A DNA stretch of 64,000 bases from a virus: the IMG/VR virus record IMGVR_UViG_3300025108_000001, positions 35,251 through 99,250 of that record. One strand, given 5' to 3'. Within the stretch, counting starts at the first letter, position 1; the number at the start of each line of letters is the position of its first letter. The notes under the pieces are model-generated. The model ran no database searches and had not been told where the DNA came from. It saw nothing but the letters and a program-made list of their open reading frames with translations. The position numbers and the translations under genes were made by a program. This document shows, piece by piece, positions 36,850 to 46,856 of this stretch.

Positions 36850-38365
36850 ATTTGCAAGAATGTGTGAAGCAGTAGAATTAAACAATACAATGAAAAATAA
36901 AATCAAAATAATAGACGAATCATTAAGTTCATTTTCCTGTCCTAAGACAGTTTTAGATATTTTAAGTCTAAACCTTGAAGCAAACTCTATCGGTAAAAAA
37001 CGGGCTATTACTTGGATAGCAAATTCATTAGAATTATTTGACAACGAAGTTCAAGAACAGGAAGAAATATGGGGAGACATAGGCGAAGGTATGTATCAAT
37101 ATCTTCCCGATAATAGAACAAGCAATTTATCAATAAAACAATTACACTCTTTATTATTGTTAGACTGTTCTAGTATCAATAGTGATTCATATAGTGTTTT
37201 TAGTAGTGCATTAAAAGAAATGTCCTCTTTAGAAGCAAAATGGTTCATTAGATATTGGCTAAGAACTCCTAGAAATAGAGTTTCTTATTCTACTGTTGTT
37301 AAGGCTGTTAAGAGAAGGTTTCCTAACAAAAGAGTAAATTTTCTATCTTCAATACAACACGTTTCAACTGTTTTTCATTATTTAGAAAATGATTTACAGC
37401 CTCCGACCACTATTCAAACAGGAATGTTTCTCAACCCCTCATTAGCAAAGACCTACGGTAATGAGTTACCTAAAAAATATATTTTAGATGTAAAATATGA
37501 CGGGAACAGATATCAAATACATAAAAATAAATCCGATGTAATAATTTTTAATAGAAAGGGTAAGGTTGTATCGAATCAGTTTCTCGATGTCGTTGAACAG
37601 GTTAAAAAATTTAACGCTAATACTTGTATTTTAGACACCGAGATATATCCGGTCATCGAAAACGGAAGTATAGAACCTGCTCCACATAAGAAAATGGCCG
37701 CTAGGGTTCACGCTAAGGATAAACAAGAAGCCATGCTTAAATGCCCTGTTAAAATGGTTATATTTGACATAATACAATACATGGGTTTCCTATTGATTGA
37801 CGAACCATATGAAAAACGTCTTATCCATCTGAAAGATTTTCCATCAGAGAATAGAGTGTGGTCTTTTTCTAAAGAAACAACTATCGAATCTGCCTATAAC
37901 ACATCAATCAACAGTGGTTTTGAGGGTATTATGATTAAAGACTTAGAAGCCAAATACAAAAGCGGTAGGAGTAATAATATTTTAAAACACAAACCTTCTA
38001 GAATAGAATTAGATTTAGTCATAACTTCTGCTAAGTATGGTGATGGTAAAAGATTAGGATGGTTCGGTTCTTTCGGGATTTCTGCTAAAACAGAAAACGG
38101 TTATGTTAGTGTAGGAAACGTAGGTAGCGGCCTTTCGGATGGAGATTTAATATATTTAACAACTGAATTAAGAAAAATAATAGACAAGTTTTCAGGTGAA
38201 ACATATTATGTCTTACCTAGAATAGTGTTAGAAATTAGATGTGATTTAATTTCTCAAGATTCTGATGGTAATTATGGCTTGCGATTTCCTAGAGTAGTTA
38301 GAATACGGCACGACAAACACCCGTATAATTGCACAACTCTAGATGACATAAAAAATATGATATAG
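36836..38365 (+). CDS. lig: ATP-dependent DNA ligase
   Basis: KYDGNRYQIH (motif I), ILDTEI, EGIMIKD, LRFPR. Confidence 0.92.
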   Translation: MTLIRFARMCEAVELNNTMKNKIKIIDESLSSFSCPKTVLDILSLNLEANSIGKKRAITWIANSLELFDNEVQEQEEIWGDIGEGMYQYLPDNRTSNLSIKQLHSLLLLDCSSINSDSYSVFSSALKEMSSLEAKWFIRYWLRTPRNRVSYSTVVKAVKRRFPNKRVNFLSSIQHVSTVFHYLENDLQPPTTIQTGMFLNPSLAKTYGNELPKKYILDVKYDGNRYQIHKNKSDVIIFNRKGKVVSNQFLDVVEQVKKFNANTCILDTEIYPVIENGSIEPAPHKKMAARVHAKDKQEAMLKCPVKMVIFDIIQYMGFLLIDEPYEKRLIHLKDFPSENRVWSFSKETTIESAYNTSINSGFEGIMIKDLEAKYKSGRSNNILKHKPSRIELDLVITSAKYGDGKRLGWFGSFGISAKTENGYVSVGNVGSGLSDGDLIYLTTELRKIIDKFSGETYYVLPRIVLEIRCDLISQDSDGNYGLRFPRVVRIRHDKHPYNCTTLDDIKNMI

Positions 38366-38413
38366 AAAATACGTTAGGTAAAATATTATTTACCTATTGT
38401 ATAAGGAGTTAAT

Positions 38414-38815
38414 ATGTTAGACCGCAAGATTGTTCTCGGAGTTTGTTCTGTAATAGCAAAACCGACAGTATCAGTTATCAAAGCGGAAAGATATAGTTTA
38501 GGTTATAGAGTAAAATTATCAATAGTCTTTAGGAGTAACGGTGGAAGATTACAGGCACTACACCGTTGCTTCTTACAAAATAATATTCAAAGCAAATATA
38601 AAATATCTGAGTCTAAAAATAGACAAAGACCTATACTAACAATAAGTAAGTTAGAAGATATTGACAGATTTATGAAGACGTATGATATGTCTTCTGTATC
38701 CTTTGACAACAATTGGGATGTCTTTAAAGGAGTTAAAAACATAGTGGATACCAACCAACACAAGACGATGAAGGGTCTTGATGAAATACTAGAATTGAAG
38801 GGGTATCTAATATGA
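38414..38815 (+). CDS. Degenerate LAGLIDADG-like domain protein
   Basis: GYRVKLSI...QHKTMKGLDEILELK resembles the body and C-terminus of LAGLIDADG endonucleases; canonical acidic motif absent. Confidence 0.45.
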   Translation: MLDRKIVLGVCSVIAKPTVSVIKAERYSLGYRVKLSIVFRSNGGRLQALHRCFLQNNIQSKYKISESKNRQRPILTISKLEDIDRFMKTYDMSSVSFDNNWDVFKGVKNIVDTNQHKTMKGLDEILELKGYLI

Positions 38816-39156
38816 AAAAGAAAGAAGAATTGTGTCCTAGATGTGATTTAAGACCTACTAAAAACGGTAAACATATTTGCGAAATGTGCAACCTTTCAAT
38901 TCTAGAAAACAAACCTGTTGATTCAGTTAACGATACCGAAATATTAGGTTATCACATACACCAAATACTTTGGGAAGGATGTCAAGATTGTGGAAATAAT
39001 AATTTTCATTGTGATGCGGGTGTTGTAGAAGAAAACAATTTGAAGTGGTACATAATACAAGTACAATGTCAAAAATGTAATGTTAATTATGAACAAATAA
39101 TGGAAGTGAGAATGAATGAGTCTAATAAAAATAAGCAAAGAACACATGAAGAGTAA
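38812..39156 (+). CDS. Double Zn-finger protein
   Basis: CPRC, CEMC, CQDC, CQKC. Confidence 0.6.
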   Translation: MKKKEELCPRCDLRPTKNGKHICEMCNLSILENKPVDSVNDTEILGYHIHQILWEGCQDCGNNNFHCDAGVVEENNLKWYIIQVQCQKCNVNYEQIMEVRMNESNKNKQRTHEE

Positions 39157-39967
39157 ACCAATAGTAATATTAGGAAATACATCTATGGATAAGATGAAGA
39201 GAGCAAGGTCTTTTGTTTCAGATAGCCCAATAGTTATGTATGCAAATGAGTATGATATTACTGATAACTTTAGTATCCCTAAAGATGTAGGTATTATTAT
39301 TGACGAGATGCATTACAAACCTAATACTGATTTAATAAGAAGAACAGTATTAGAATACGCAGGTCAAGTTGTATTAATTACTGATAGTAAAAAGGCAGTA
39401 CCAACTTCTTTGTATAACCTATGTGATATGAAAAGACCAACAGAAAAGTTAGATGTTCTAAACATATCTCCTAGAGCAGATGAACCTATCAATTATGATT
39501 TAGATATGTTTACTTTAGTTAGAGAATATCTAACTAATAGAAATAGAGACGAGGTTGCTACTAAATTAAGGATGAACAAACCCGCAGATAATCAAATACT
39601 ATCTTGGATTATACCGAATATAAACCCAAACAAAATAGCATTCATTGATAATAATGTGAAAAGACGTTGGGATAATTCTTACTTTTATGAGTTGTTAGCA
39701 TATTCTCATAACGGTAAACTTAGTGCTAAGATGGTAATGCCTACTAGAAGAAAGTATTCTAAGTTAGGTAGTATTGCTAGTAGGTTAGGACTAAGAAGAC
39801 ATGAAACTTATCTTCTCGATGATTTATTGAAAGATGATAAGTTCAAAAAATATGCAATGACAAAGTTAGATAATTCAGAATGTAGATTATTAAAACTTGG
39901 AGAGAAAAGAAAAATAGAAACAAAGAAGATAGTATTACCTTCGCCCACTTTAGATAAGTGGTTATAA
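39116..39967 (+). CDS. Degenerate AAA+-like protein, possible clamp-loader large subunit
   Basis: IIIDEM Walker-B-like motif with degenerate Walker A; PIP-like C-terminus (TLDKWL); near RFC small subunit. Confidence 0.4.
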   Translation: MSLIKISKEHMKSKPIVILGNTSMDKMKRARSFVSDSPIVMYANEYDITDNFSIPKDVGIIIDEMHYKPNTDLIRRTVLEYAGQVVLITDSKKAVPTSLYNLCDMKRPTEKLDVLNISPRADEPINYDLDMFTLVREYLTNRNRDEVATKLRMNKPADNQILSWIIPNINPNKIAFIDNNVKRRWDNSYFYELLAYSHNGKLSAKMVMPTRRKYSKLGSIASRLGLRRHETYLLDDLLKDDKFKKYAMTKLDNSECRLLKLGEKRKIETKKIVLPSPTLDKWL

Positions 39968-40107
39968 AAATAAAGAGGAATAAAAATGAAAAAACAATTA
40001 AATGATAAAAAATATAAAAGAAGAATGGATAAAATGTTAGATTTGTTAGAGAAACAAAATGAACTGTTTCTAAAATTAATAAGTGAACTTAACGGAGAGG
40101 AAGAGTA

Positions 40108-40410
40108 ATGGTGGGAAGATTAAAAGTTGTAAACACTTTACAATGTGTTATTTGTCTAAAAAACATAGAACATAAAATGTTAGATGGTAAAGTTTTCAAA
40201 ACAGATGGGCATAACGCTGAACCAATCACATTAGGAAGATGTTGTGATTTTTGTGATTGTGTAGTAGTTGAACCTTCTAGGATAGGAGAATTGTTTGACA
40301 AACCTGTCGATGTTATTGTTTATGGTCTAAAAAGATACCAAGAAAGAATGGCTAACGATAAAGCCAATGGTATTACAACTAAAAGTTTGAAACAGAGGGC
40401 GATACAATGA
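40108..40410 (+). CDS. Zn-binding protein (CVIC...GHNAEP...GRCCDFC)
   Basis: Common phage small-protein motif. Confidence 0.6.
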   Translation: MVGRLKVVNTLQCVICLKNIEHKMLDGKVFKTDGHNAEPITLGRCCDFCDCVVVEPSRIGELFDKPVDVIVYGLKRYQERMANDKANGITTKSLKQRAIQ

Positions 40411-41327
40411 GTGAATTATGGACTGAAAAATATAGACCAACAAGACTTAATGAAATAATAGGACAAACTAATTTTGTATTAGATGCAGAACATTGGGTTG
40501 TCAATAAAGAAATGCCTAATGTTTTATTATACGGTGTAGCGGGTGTAGGTAAAACCGCTGCTGCTATTTCTTTAGCAAACGGAATACTAGAAGATAATAG
40601 AAAAAATAACTTCTTTGAGATTAATGCTTCTGATGATAGAAAGTTAGAGACAGTAAGAAACAGAATCAAAGAGATTGCATCTACTAAAAGAATCGGTGAT
40701 GTACCGTTTAAGATTATTTTACTAGATGAAATGGATGGTATGACTAAGGATGCACAAAATGCACTAAAGAGAATCATGGAAAGATATGCTGATAATTGTA
40801 GATTCATTATTACTTGTAATGATAGACATAAAATTATTAATCCTTTGATGTCAAGATGTGCTAACTATAACTTTAAGCGTCTTAACAATAAAGACATGAA
40901 ATACATAATGACCGAAATCCTGTCAAAAGAGGACATTAGAACTCATTCAAGTGAGTCATTAGATAAGTTTATTACATATCTACAAGGAGACCTAAGACGA
41001 GGGTTGAATGAATTACAGGCTTCATCGGCAAGTAAACGAACTCTCCAATATCAAATAGACATGAATATGAAACCATACTCTGAAATTATAACAATGATAA
41101 ATGAAAATAACTATGACAATGCTTTAGAGAAGGTGCATAAATTGATTTACGATTCAACAGACATGAAGACTATATGTATTAATTTACATACAGAAGTTCT
41201 CGAAACCGAAAGTGATTCGTCATACAAATTCAAAATGCTTCGTATCATTGGTGAAACAGAATACAGAAGTAATAATATGAATCCTAAAGTCTTGGCATCT
41301 TGGATGGTAGGACAGATGATAAAATGA
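40407..41327 (+). CDS. rfcS: Replication factor C small subunit (clamp loader)
   Basis: WTEKYRP, GVAGVGKT, EINASDDR, LDEMD, SRC motif. Confidence 0.93.
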   Translation: MSELWTEKYRPTRLNEIIGQTNFVLDAEHWVVNKEMPNVLLYGVAGVGKTAAAISLANGILEDNRKNNFFEINASDDRKLETVRNRIKEIASTKRIGDVPFKIILLDEMDGMTKDAQNALKRIMERYADNCRFIITCNDRHKIINPLMSRCANYNFKRLNNKDMKYIMTEILSKEDIRTHSSESLDKFITYLQGDLRRGLNELQASSASKRTLQYQIDMNMKPYSEIITMINENNYDNALEKVHKLIYDSTDMKTICINLHTEVLETESDSSYKFKMLRIIGETEYRSNNMNPKVLASWMVGQMIK

Positions 41328-41400
41328 TAGAATTACTTTTGGGGTTGATTGGATTGAGAATAATAATTAAAATGTTAGATAGTAACAGGGGGAGAAGAAG

Positions 41401-41643
41401 ATGGTAAAAAAATTCTTTGACTTTAATAAAGATGGAGTTGTTAATAAAGATGACTTTGAACATCTCATACTTAGATATGAGATAATCGTGTTAGGTGGTA
41501 TAGCACTAATTATACTACCAATATTAAACACGTTAAATTACATTAGTGTAGATTCCAATTTCTTTTGGGTGCTTTGCGGATTAGTAATGGCAGCCGAAGG
41601 ATTGGTTGAAATAAAATACGAAAGGAAAAAAAGGAGAAAATAA
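41401..41643 (+). CDS. Small two-TM membrane protein with EF-hand-like N-terminus
   Basis: FDFNKDGVVNKDDF plus two hydrophobic helices and a basic tail. Confidence 0.6.
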   Translation: MVKKFFDFNKDGVVNKDDFEHLILRYEIIVLGGIALIILPILNTLNYISVDSNFFWVLCGLVMAAEGLVEIKYERKKRRK

Positions 41644-41645
41644 AA

Positions 41646-42875
41646 ATGAATGAAGAAATGAAAAATGAAATAATGAAAGCGGCAGAAATACTCGGTCTAT
41701 CCGAGGAAGATGCTATGAGTAAGTTCGAGGACATATGTTCTAAGAACAATCTCGATGCATCTAAAGAACCTTTATTGGCTAGAGGTCTTTGGCGACAGTA
41801 CTTTAGTAGTGCTAGAAACCTACTAAATCGTGAAAGAACAACAACTAATAATACAAACAATTCTTTTTACAAAGATGCGTTTGGTTTCTTTGTATCGTTA
41901 AACGATGCAGTAGATATAATGGCTTTGGATAGAGACCGTGTTGTTAAAGAATACAATAGAGATAGTGATTTAACCTACTCTCTTGGTAAAGTAGCAATTT
42001 TTGCTGAAACAGCAGACGGAAAATACGAAGGAAGAATGATGAGGGATAACGAAGAAAGAGTAAAAGTTATGGACGAATTACCTGAAAACAATGTAGCATT
42101 AGATAGCGGACTATTCTTAGTTCCACTAAACACTAATGATGCGGCGTGGAATAAAAAGAACTATGGTAAACCAACGAAGGCTTCTGAGTGGAGAAGAACA
42201 GGAGTGTTTGTAGGAGAAGTTGATGGAAGAATGGGAGCATTCGCTTTTAGTTACAAAGGCGATTCATCACTAACATTTACTCCTAATACTTTTGAGTGGG
42301 TTCACTTTAATGCATTCTTTATGAATGAAGACTACACTACTATATTTGGTGGTAAGTCTAGAACTATGGAGTCTCTAATACTAAACGATGATTTAGCAGA
42401 AGAAGATGAAAGAAGAAGAGTTCCATTCGGTTCAGTTCAAGATATAATTATGGAATACTGCACAGAAAATTACAGTCCATTAGTTGACTTAGAACAGGCT
42501 CATAGTAATGCGGCGGCAAGACCATACAAACAACGCTATGTTGTTACTGATGGTACTGTTACTAGTATTAACATGACACCTACTGCTAATGGTAATAGGA
42601 TAATTAATATTGATGATTTAACTACTGAATTTAATTTCGATAACGATGGCTTCACAGCAACTACTTGTTGGATTCCTTCTTCGTTAGTAGTTGATTTTGG
42701 TATTGGTTCAGAAGTTATTGTAGTAGGCAGAACATCACAAGGTACAGATGACGAAGGCGCATTAAAACCTGTAACAATTAATGTTAGTGGTATATATGTT
42801 ATCAGTGCTAGAGGCGGTAGTCCTGAACTGATTGAACACGTTGAATCAGAAGAAACAGATTGGTTCTTCGACTGA
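41646..42875 (+). CDS. Probable RPA/OB-fold ssDNA-binding protein
   Basis: OB-like C-terminal domain (VTDGTV..I...G.EVIVVGR...INVSGIY); acidic-aromatic tail ETDWFFD; replication context. Confidence 0.55.
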   Translation: MNEEMKNEIMKAAEILGLSEEDAMSKFEDICSKNNLDASKEPLLARGLWRQYFSSARNLLNRERTTTNNTNNSFYKDAFGFFVSLNDAVDIMALDRDRVVKEYNRDSDLTYSLGKVAIFAETADGKYEGRMMRDNEERVKVMDELPENNVALDSGLFLVPLNTNDAAWNKKNYGKPTKASEWRRTGVFVGEVDGRMGAFAFSYKGDSSLTFTPNTFEWVHFNAFFMNEDYTTIFGGKSRTMESLILNDDLAEEDERRRVPFGSVQDIIMEYCTENYSPLVDLEQAHSNAAARPYKQRYVVTDGTVTSINMTPTANGNRIINIDDLTTEFNFDNDGFTATTCWIPSSLVVDFGIGSEVIVVGRTSQGTDDEGALKPVTINVSGIYVISARGGSPELIEHVESEETDWFFD

Positions 42876-42952
42876 TTATGTAAAAGTGTAGTCATACACA
42901 TATTGTTGGCTATAAGGGTGCAATACCCTTAAACCTTTAAGGAGGATTAACT

Positions 42953-43192
42953 ATGAAAGAATACGAAATAATAAACAATACGATAATAAAAGGTAGTAGT
43001 TATTGGTTCAATGTAGCCAAAGTTGATTTTACTACTAGAAGAATGAATGACGATACAGGAGAGTTTTGGGTTAAGTTCCACTTTCCATCAGGAAAAGAAA
43101 TACGAATAAAAGTAGATGAAGAAGATTTAGAGGAAATAACAAATCTCTTCGATTATAATAAAAATGGTGATTTATATGACAATGAGTTATGA
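42953..43192 (+). CDS. Hypothetical protein
   Basis: ORF track; GGAGG SD. Confidence 0.55.
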   Translation: MKEYEIINNTIIKGSSYWFNVAKVDFTTRRMNDDTGEFWVKFHFPSGKEIRIKVDEEDLEEITNLFDYNKNGDLYDNEL

Positions 43193-44015
43193 AGAAAGAA
43201 AAAAAATAATAATGCAACAAATACAAGATAGAATGAAGAGAGAAAAAGAGTTCCTATTATTAGGAATTACGGGCAATCCTAAAGTCGGTAAATCCGGTTT
43301 AGCAATGGATTGTAGAACTGAAGAAGAAATCAAGAAAGGTATGACGGTCGAAATACTAGACTTAGATGACGGTTCAACTGCAACTTGGGATTCAGCATGG
43401 AATAGAGATGAAAACATAAGAGTGTTTGTTCCTAATGTTTGGAATGAAGATGGCTCTATGAATTGGGATGAAACATTTCACAACTGTTCAACTTGGATTA
43501 AAATGTTAGAAGAACAAATTAAAGAAGGAAATGTAAAGGCTGTAATTTTAGACGGTGTTGATAAAATTTACGAAGGGTCTAGTGATGTTCTTCGTAAATC
43601 TTTAGTAAAGAATGCGGCAAGAAGCGGTTCTGTAATACAGGATTCGGATACAGTAAGAGTAAGCCCATTAGATTGGAAAGTTAGAAATAAGATTTATGAT
43701 AGAATCATTAATCCGTTTGTAGCATTAAGAACTAACAGATTTCTTATTACACATATGAAACCTGTTTACGAAGGTATAGGCGCACCAATTGCAGTAGGGG
43801 AAACTCCCGATTGGTACAAAACTACACCACATAAACTACTACAAATAGTAAACATAAAAGAACAAAAGTTAGGAAAGAAAACCACCTACATGGCGACACT
43901 AACTGCTAGTAAAACTAATTCCAAAATGGTAGGTAAAAAATGGCCTGTCTTCGTATTAGAAGAGACAGGAAATCAATGGAATGGAATACCTGAATTAAAA
44001 ACAGGTGAATTATAA
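43176..44015 (+). CDS. RecA/Sak4-like P-loop ATPase
   Basis: GNPKVGKS Walker A, ILDLDDG, VILDGVD Walker B, LITH. Confidence 0.7.
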   Translation: MTMSYEERKKIIMQQIQDRMKREKEFLLLGITGNPKVGKSGLAMDCRTEEEIKKGMTVEILDLDDGSTATWDSAWNRDENIRVFVPNVWNEDGSMNWDETFHNCSTWIKMLEEQIKEGNVKAVILDGVDKIYEGSSDVLRKSLVKNAARSGSVIQDSDTVRVSPLDWKVRNKIYDRIINPFVALRTNRFLITHMKPVYEGIGAPIAVGETPDWYKTTPHKLLQIVNIKEQKLGKKTTYMATLTASKTNSKMVGKKWPVFVLEETGNQWNGIPELKTGEL

Positions 44016-44030
44016 TGGAGATAAATAACA

Positions 44031-44807
44031 ATGAAAATAATAATAGAAGCAAAGGAATTGAGTAAATTAATAGAGAGCGTAGCATTAAAAGGAAGATACT
44101 TCGATGGTGGAGAATCTAAAAATGGTATGTTATCAGCACACGCATATTTAGTAGTCGATAGTAACACGCTACAAATATGGAATGCTGATAACACTACTAT
44201 TTGTGGGTTGAACCATGGCTTAGCGGAAGCAACTCATGTCTCCGTTGAGAACGGTTCGGCAGTGGTTGACATCAAGAAGACTGTAAAATACCTAAAGGGA
44301 TTTACAGGAGAAGTTACAGTTGAAGCGAATGATTTCTTACATATTAGCAATGAATCATCCAATGCAACTTTACCTTTAGTGGTTGAACATAGTCATCAGC
44401 CTATGATTGATATGTTAATTGTGTTCGAGAAAACTGTAAGGGATGTCAATGTAACGTTTCCTACGTTTAGAAGAACTACCTTTGAAACTAAACTTCACCT
44501 TCTAAGCGACACTTTAACAGCCGCAACAAAAGGTTGTGATGTAATTAATACTGCTAGGTATAAGTTTGATTATAGTATTAATAATACATTAACAATGTCT
44601 TCTATTAAAACAGATTTAGATAAGTTTGAAACTGTTGTGCCTACTATAACTAGAGACGGCGAACCTTCAACAGTAGAGTTTACAGGTTTCTTTCACGGCT
44701 TCTTTGAGTTAACCGCAGTTAATATTTATCTTAAAGATGACGCACCTATTCTGTTTGTATCGCCAACTAGAATACTATTGAAAGCGCCCTACATGGATAG
44801 GAGTTGA
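44031..44807 (+). CDS. Probable sliding clamp (PCNA-like)
   Basis: 258 aa, two-domain beta-alpha pattern, C-terminal I.LKDDAPI.F....ILLKAP; directly upstream of PolB. Confidence 0.6.
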   Translation: MKIIIEAKELSKLIESVALKGRYFDGGESKNGMLSAHAYLVVDSNTLQIWNADNTTICGLNHGLAEATHVSVENGSAVVDIKKTVKYLKGFTGEVTVEANDFLHISNESSNATLPLVVEHSHQPMIDMLIVFEKTVRDVNVTFPTFRRTTFETKLHLLSDTLTAATKGCDVINTARYKFDYSINNTLTMSSIKTDLDKFETVVPTITRDGEPSTVEFTGFFHGFFELTAVNIYLKDDAPILFVSPTRILLKAPYMDRS

Positions 44808-44811
44808 ACGG

Positions 44812-46512
44812 TTGATAATTAATGAAATAAAAAATGGTATAGGATTAGTTTGGAGAGATGAAAATAATAACAGACTGCAAGAAACTGTTTCTTTGAAAGA
44901 CTTCAAACATTACTTTTTCATTAAGGCTACGTCAACTAGACATACTAATTTGTTAGTTAAAGACAACAATACAAGAGGCAACTTTCAAGTTGACCTGTCT
45001 TATGAATTAGGAGATTGGGTATCTCTCGAAGGTGAATCTTTGGTGAAGGTTTCTTGGGGTACTAAATCTCCTAGTCTTAGGTATCAAATTAGAGAGAAGT
45101 TAGAAGAGTTAGGTGTTGATACTTACGAAGCAGACATACCACATCATTATCGGTATGCTGTTGATGAGTTAAATTCTATCCCTGATTATAAAATGCGTAA
45201 GTGTTTTTGGGATATGGAATGGATGCAAGGCGGAGAACATGATGGTAAGATTACTTGTATAGTAATATACGATAATTATGATGATGAGTATAGTGTATTC
45301 GCTTGGTTTCCTAACTTAGAAAAGAAACTTAGTATGGAGTTCCTTTACAAACTAAGAAGGAATTATAACTTAAAAATATTCAAGTCAGAAGAATCTATGC
45401 TTGACAACTTCTTAACCTATTTTATTCAGAAGAGACCGGATATGTTAATCTCATGGTTCGGTTGGAAATTCGACCTACCTAAACTAATAGAGAGAAATAG
45501 TGCTTACAATATTGATTCGAGAATGTTATCTCCCTTTAATGAAGTAAGGGGAGTTTCTTGGAAGGATAACAAAGTTAAGATATATCCTAAACAAGTAAAC
45601 GGGTCTTCTCCTATAACACAACCTATTAAGGGAGTAATTACAGTAGCATTAGATTTAGTCTTTGAAAGACAATGGAACGATTCACAAAGAGGAACATTAC
45701 CTTCTATGGCGTTAGATTATATTTCTGAATCTGTTTTAGGCGATAAGAAATTAGTTAGTGAAAAGTTTCCTGATAAAAATGAGTTCTTTGCTAGAGGTTG
45801 GTTAGAAGATACTGAAACATATTTAGAGTATGCAATAAAGGATGTTGAGTTAATCAAAAGAATTGATGATGAAAACCATTGTATTGATTCAGTATTAGCA
45901 TTACAAAAATTACTAATTGCTCCTTTCGATGCTTGCTTCTATGCAAGTAATATGGGTGGAATATATTTCATGCGTAACGCTACTTGGAAAGCACCAACAG
46001 GTAAGAAAGGTGAGAAAGTTAACTATGATGGAGCAATGATTTACAATCCATTAACGGAAGGCACGAATGGTAGATATGATAATGTAGCAGCGTTTGATTT
46101 TGCAGGGCTATATCCTTCAATGATTATTTCACGGAATATTTCGTGGGAATCTAAATCAAAAGTACCAACAGAGTTTGCAGTTAACCTAGCAATACCTAGA
46201 GATTTTAGTGAAGTTAAAGAAGAGAAGATGTTGTATTACAATACAGATAAGTTAGGATTGTTACCCCAATCACTAATAGGACTTAAGAAGTTAAGAAATG
46301 AATATAAAACAAATATGAAAGAAGCATCTTCCAAAGATGAAAAAGTAAAGTGGAATAATAATCAAATGGCTGTCAAAAGATTGATGGCTTCATTTTATGG
46401 TATTACAGCCTATCAAGGATTTGGTTGGGCTGATATAGACCTAGCCGCTAGTATTACTGCTAGTGCTAGAGAGGCAATTAGATTAGCCGCATTTAAGGCG
46501 AGGGAATTATAA
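44812..46512 (+). CDS. polB: Family B DNA polymerase, N-terminal part (exonuclease plus motifs A and B)
   Basis: YEADI, WDMEW (ExoI), FDLP (ExoII), YAIKD (ExoIII), FDFAGLYPSM (motif A), KRLMASFYG (motif B). Confidence 0.92.
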   Translation: MIINEIKNGIGLVWRDENNNRLQETVSLKDFKHYFFIKATSTRHTNLLVKDNNTRGNFQVDLSYELGDWVSLEGESLVKVSWGTKSPSLRYQIREKLEELGVDTYEADIPHHYRYAVDELNSIPDYKMRKCFWDMEWMQGGEHDGKITCIVIYDNYDDEYSVFAWFPNLEKKLSMEFLYKLRRNYNLKIFKSEESMLDNFLTYFIQKRPDMLISWFGWKFDLPKLIERNSAYNIDSRMLSPFNEVRGVSWKDNKVKIYPKQVNGSSPITQPIKGVITVALDLVFERQWNDSQRGTLPSMALDYISESVLGDKKLVSEKFPDKNEFFARGWLEDTETYLEYAIKDVELIKRIDDENHCIDSVLALQKLLIAPFDACFYASNMGGIYFMRNATWKAPTGKKGEKVNYDGAMIYNPLTEGTNGRYDNVAAFDFAGLYPSMIISRNISWESKSKVPTEFAVNLAIPRDFSEVKEEKMLYYNTDKLGLLPQSLIGLKKLRNEYKTNMKEASSKDEKVKWNNNQMAVKRLMASFYGITAYQGFGWADIDLAASITASAREAIRLAAFKAREL

Positions 46513-46856
46513 TGAGTAAAAGATGGAAGAAAAGAGTCAATCAAAACAATAAAGATACAATGAAATTATCTGAATTAATAGCATTAATGATGAGTAAATA
46601 TGCCATGTCCGAAGAAGAACACAACGCAATATTAACTTGGGAAGAGTTCAATATTAATATAGAAAGGCAGACTACATCAGAAGAACAAGCAAAGCAGACA
46701 TTTTCAATAGAAGCAATTGCAGGTGTTACTGCCACCTTTCATCTTTGGCTCTTAGGAAGAGTAAAGGATAGGTGGGAATCAGAAAATTGGGATTCAGATA
46801 AAGCACCCCATGCTATTTCTGTTAATGCTAAAGTGGATTGGAGTAATGACATATGA
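46512..46856 (+). CDS. Hypothetical protein between the two polB halves
   Basis: 114-aa ORF overlapping both neighbours. Confidence 0.6.
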   Translation: MSKRWKKRVNQNNKDTMKLSELIALMMSKYAMSEEEHNAILTWEEFNINIERQTTSEEQAKQTFSIEAIAGVTATFHLWLLGRVKDRWESENWDSDKAPHAISVNAKVDWSNDI

